Shown piece by piece: positions 63,349 through 64,000 of a stretch of 64,000 nucleotides of DNA (positions are counted from its first letter, which is position 1; the number at the start of each line of letters is the position of its first letter). Where the stretch lies: positions 124,001-188,000 of the IMG/VR virus record IMGVR_UViG_3300020473_001965; one strand, given 5' to 3'. Made by a program: the position numbers and the translations under genes. Under the pieces are notes generated by a model. The model saw only the letters and a program-made list of their open reading frames with translations, searched no databases and was not told the DNA's origin.

Positions 63349-64000
63349 AGTTTACCCCGAGAGGTACCCCCAGTTCAGACCCCTCTCCACATGCAGGACA
63401 CTCAAACCAGGAGGTCATGTCTATTCCTGGCTCTATATCGTCCATGTACTTTCTAAGTGCACGTGAGTCCCTTGCGGGCATATTTCTAATAAAGTTATTA
63501 ATCTTTGATCGATCAGTAACTCCAGCGACTTCGACAAGAGTATGTTCAAGCCGTTGAGTAATATTGCTCTCTGAGATCTGTCCCATCTTCTTTCTTCTGG
63601 CATCGATCCTTGTAATTTCTTCTTCATCGGCGCCTGTCAAGAATCTGAACTTTACCTTCTTCTTAGTATAAGGTAGTTCGAAAGTAAAGAGGTTTTCACC
63701 TATGTCGTCTGGTGCTGCTCCTAGCCGGTTAATTGGCATTTCGGCTAAGTCAAACTCATATTTAGAGGATGTTCCACATTCAGGGCATGTTACCTCTGTT
63801 TTATACTCAGCACCGTATCCTGTAACTCTTAGAGCTATCATCAAAGCGTTTCGGTCACCAGAGATTAGGTCGGCTGCTCTAATGTTTTTGTCAACTAAGC
63901 AAGACTCAATTAGGTGTGTGATTACTGTCCCCTTTTTAATAAGAGCACGTGATGTCAGAATATCTTCTTCTCGAGCTGTCATAGGACGGATATCTACAGT
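63326..64000 (-). CDS. T4 gp26-like baseplate hub / tail assembly chaperone (5' end outside the window)
   Basis: IRPMTAREEDIL, GDRNALMIALR..GYG, CPECG, LP.....VKFR.L, CPACG, ends FFWPD. The frame is open to the window edge. Confidence 0.85.
   Translation of the reverse strand, partial: TVDIRPMTAREEDILTSRALIKKGTVITHLIESCLVDKNIRAADLISGDRNALMIALRVTGYGAEYKTEVTCPECGTSSKYEFDLAEMPINRLGAAPDDIGENLFTFELPYTKKKVKFRFLTGADEEEITRIDARRKKMGQISESNITQRLEHTLVEVAGVTDRSKINNFIRNMPARDSRALRKYMDDIEPGIDMTSWFECPACGEGSELGVPLGVNFFWPDAE

Noticed and set aside
1-64000. Eukaryotic giant virus (NCLDV) or bacterial chromosome origin, suggested by MBD4-, Nei1-, DnaE-, RecA- and ClpP-like genes
   Set aside because: The tape measure, baseplate and chaperone genes, peptidoglycan amidase, gp32/gp41-like genes, SD sequences and sigma70 promoters indicate a tailed bacteriophage.
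1-64000. Stop-codon reassignment
   Set aside because: Known enzymes are full length in code 11, and TAA, TAG and TGA all terminate tightly packed genes.
1-64000. tRNA, rRNA, integrase or transposase genes
   Set aside because: None recognised. Intergenic gaps are short and lack cloverleaf T-loop/D-loop signatures on visual inspection; tRNAscan was not run.

Overview
This window is 64 kb of a large lytic dsDNA bacteriophage genome (myovirus/jumbo-phage-like, genetic code 11, roughly 40% GC by eye). All but one credible gene lies on the minus strand. Read in transcription order (right to left) it contains five blocks. (i) A tail module: a gp26/gp51-like chaperone pair with a likely +1/-2 frameshift, a 1543-aa tape measure, a tube-initiator-like protein, a LysM/tail-X protein and a hub protein. 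(ii) A replication block: a polymerase-domain-only PolA, gp32-like SSB, RecA/UvsX, 5'-3' exonuclease, DnaB/gp41 helicase and class II RNR, followed by ClpP and an amidase endolysin. (iii) About 18 kb of four large Ser/Thr/Gly-rich virion (fibre-like) proteins built from shared, shuffled modules. (iv) DNA repair genes: an MBD4-like glycosylase and a Nei-like glycosylase. (v) A nucleotide/sugar block around a DnaE polymerase. The most interesting signal is a probable non-canonical pyrimidine-modification pathway. It comprises a dNMP-kinase fused to a minimal thymidylate-synthase fold with the cytosine-specifying Asp177, a ThyX-fold flavoenzyme lacking the folate-stacking His and the catalytic Ser, an NDT/DNPH1-family hydrolase, a dCTPase/dUTPase-type pyrophosphatase, two NDP-sugar SDRs and a GT8. 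Two promoter classes can be read from the sequence: sigma70-like TTGWAM-N17-TAnnnT and a putative late ATANTTA. All functional calls come from motif recognition by eye; no database searches were run.
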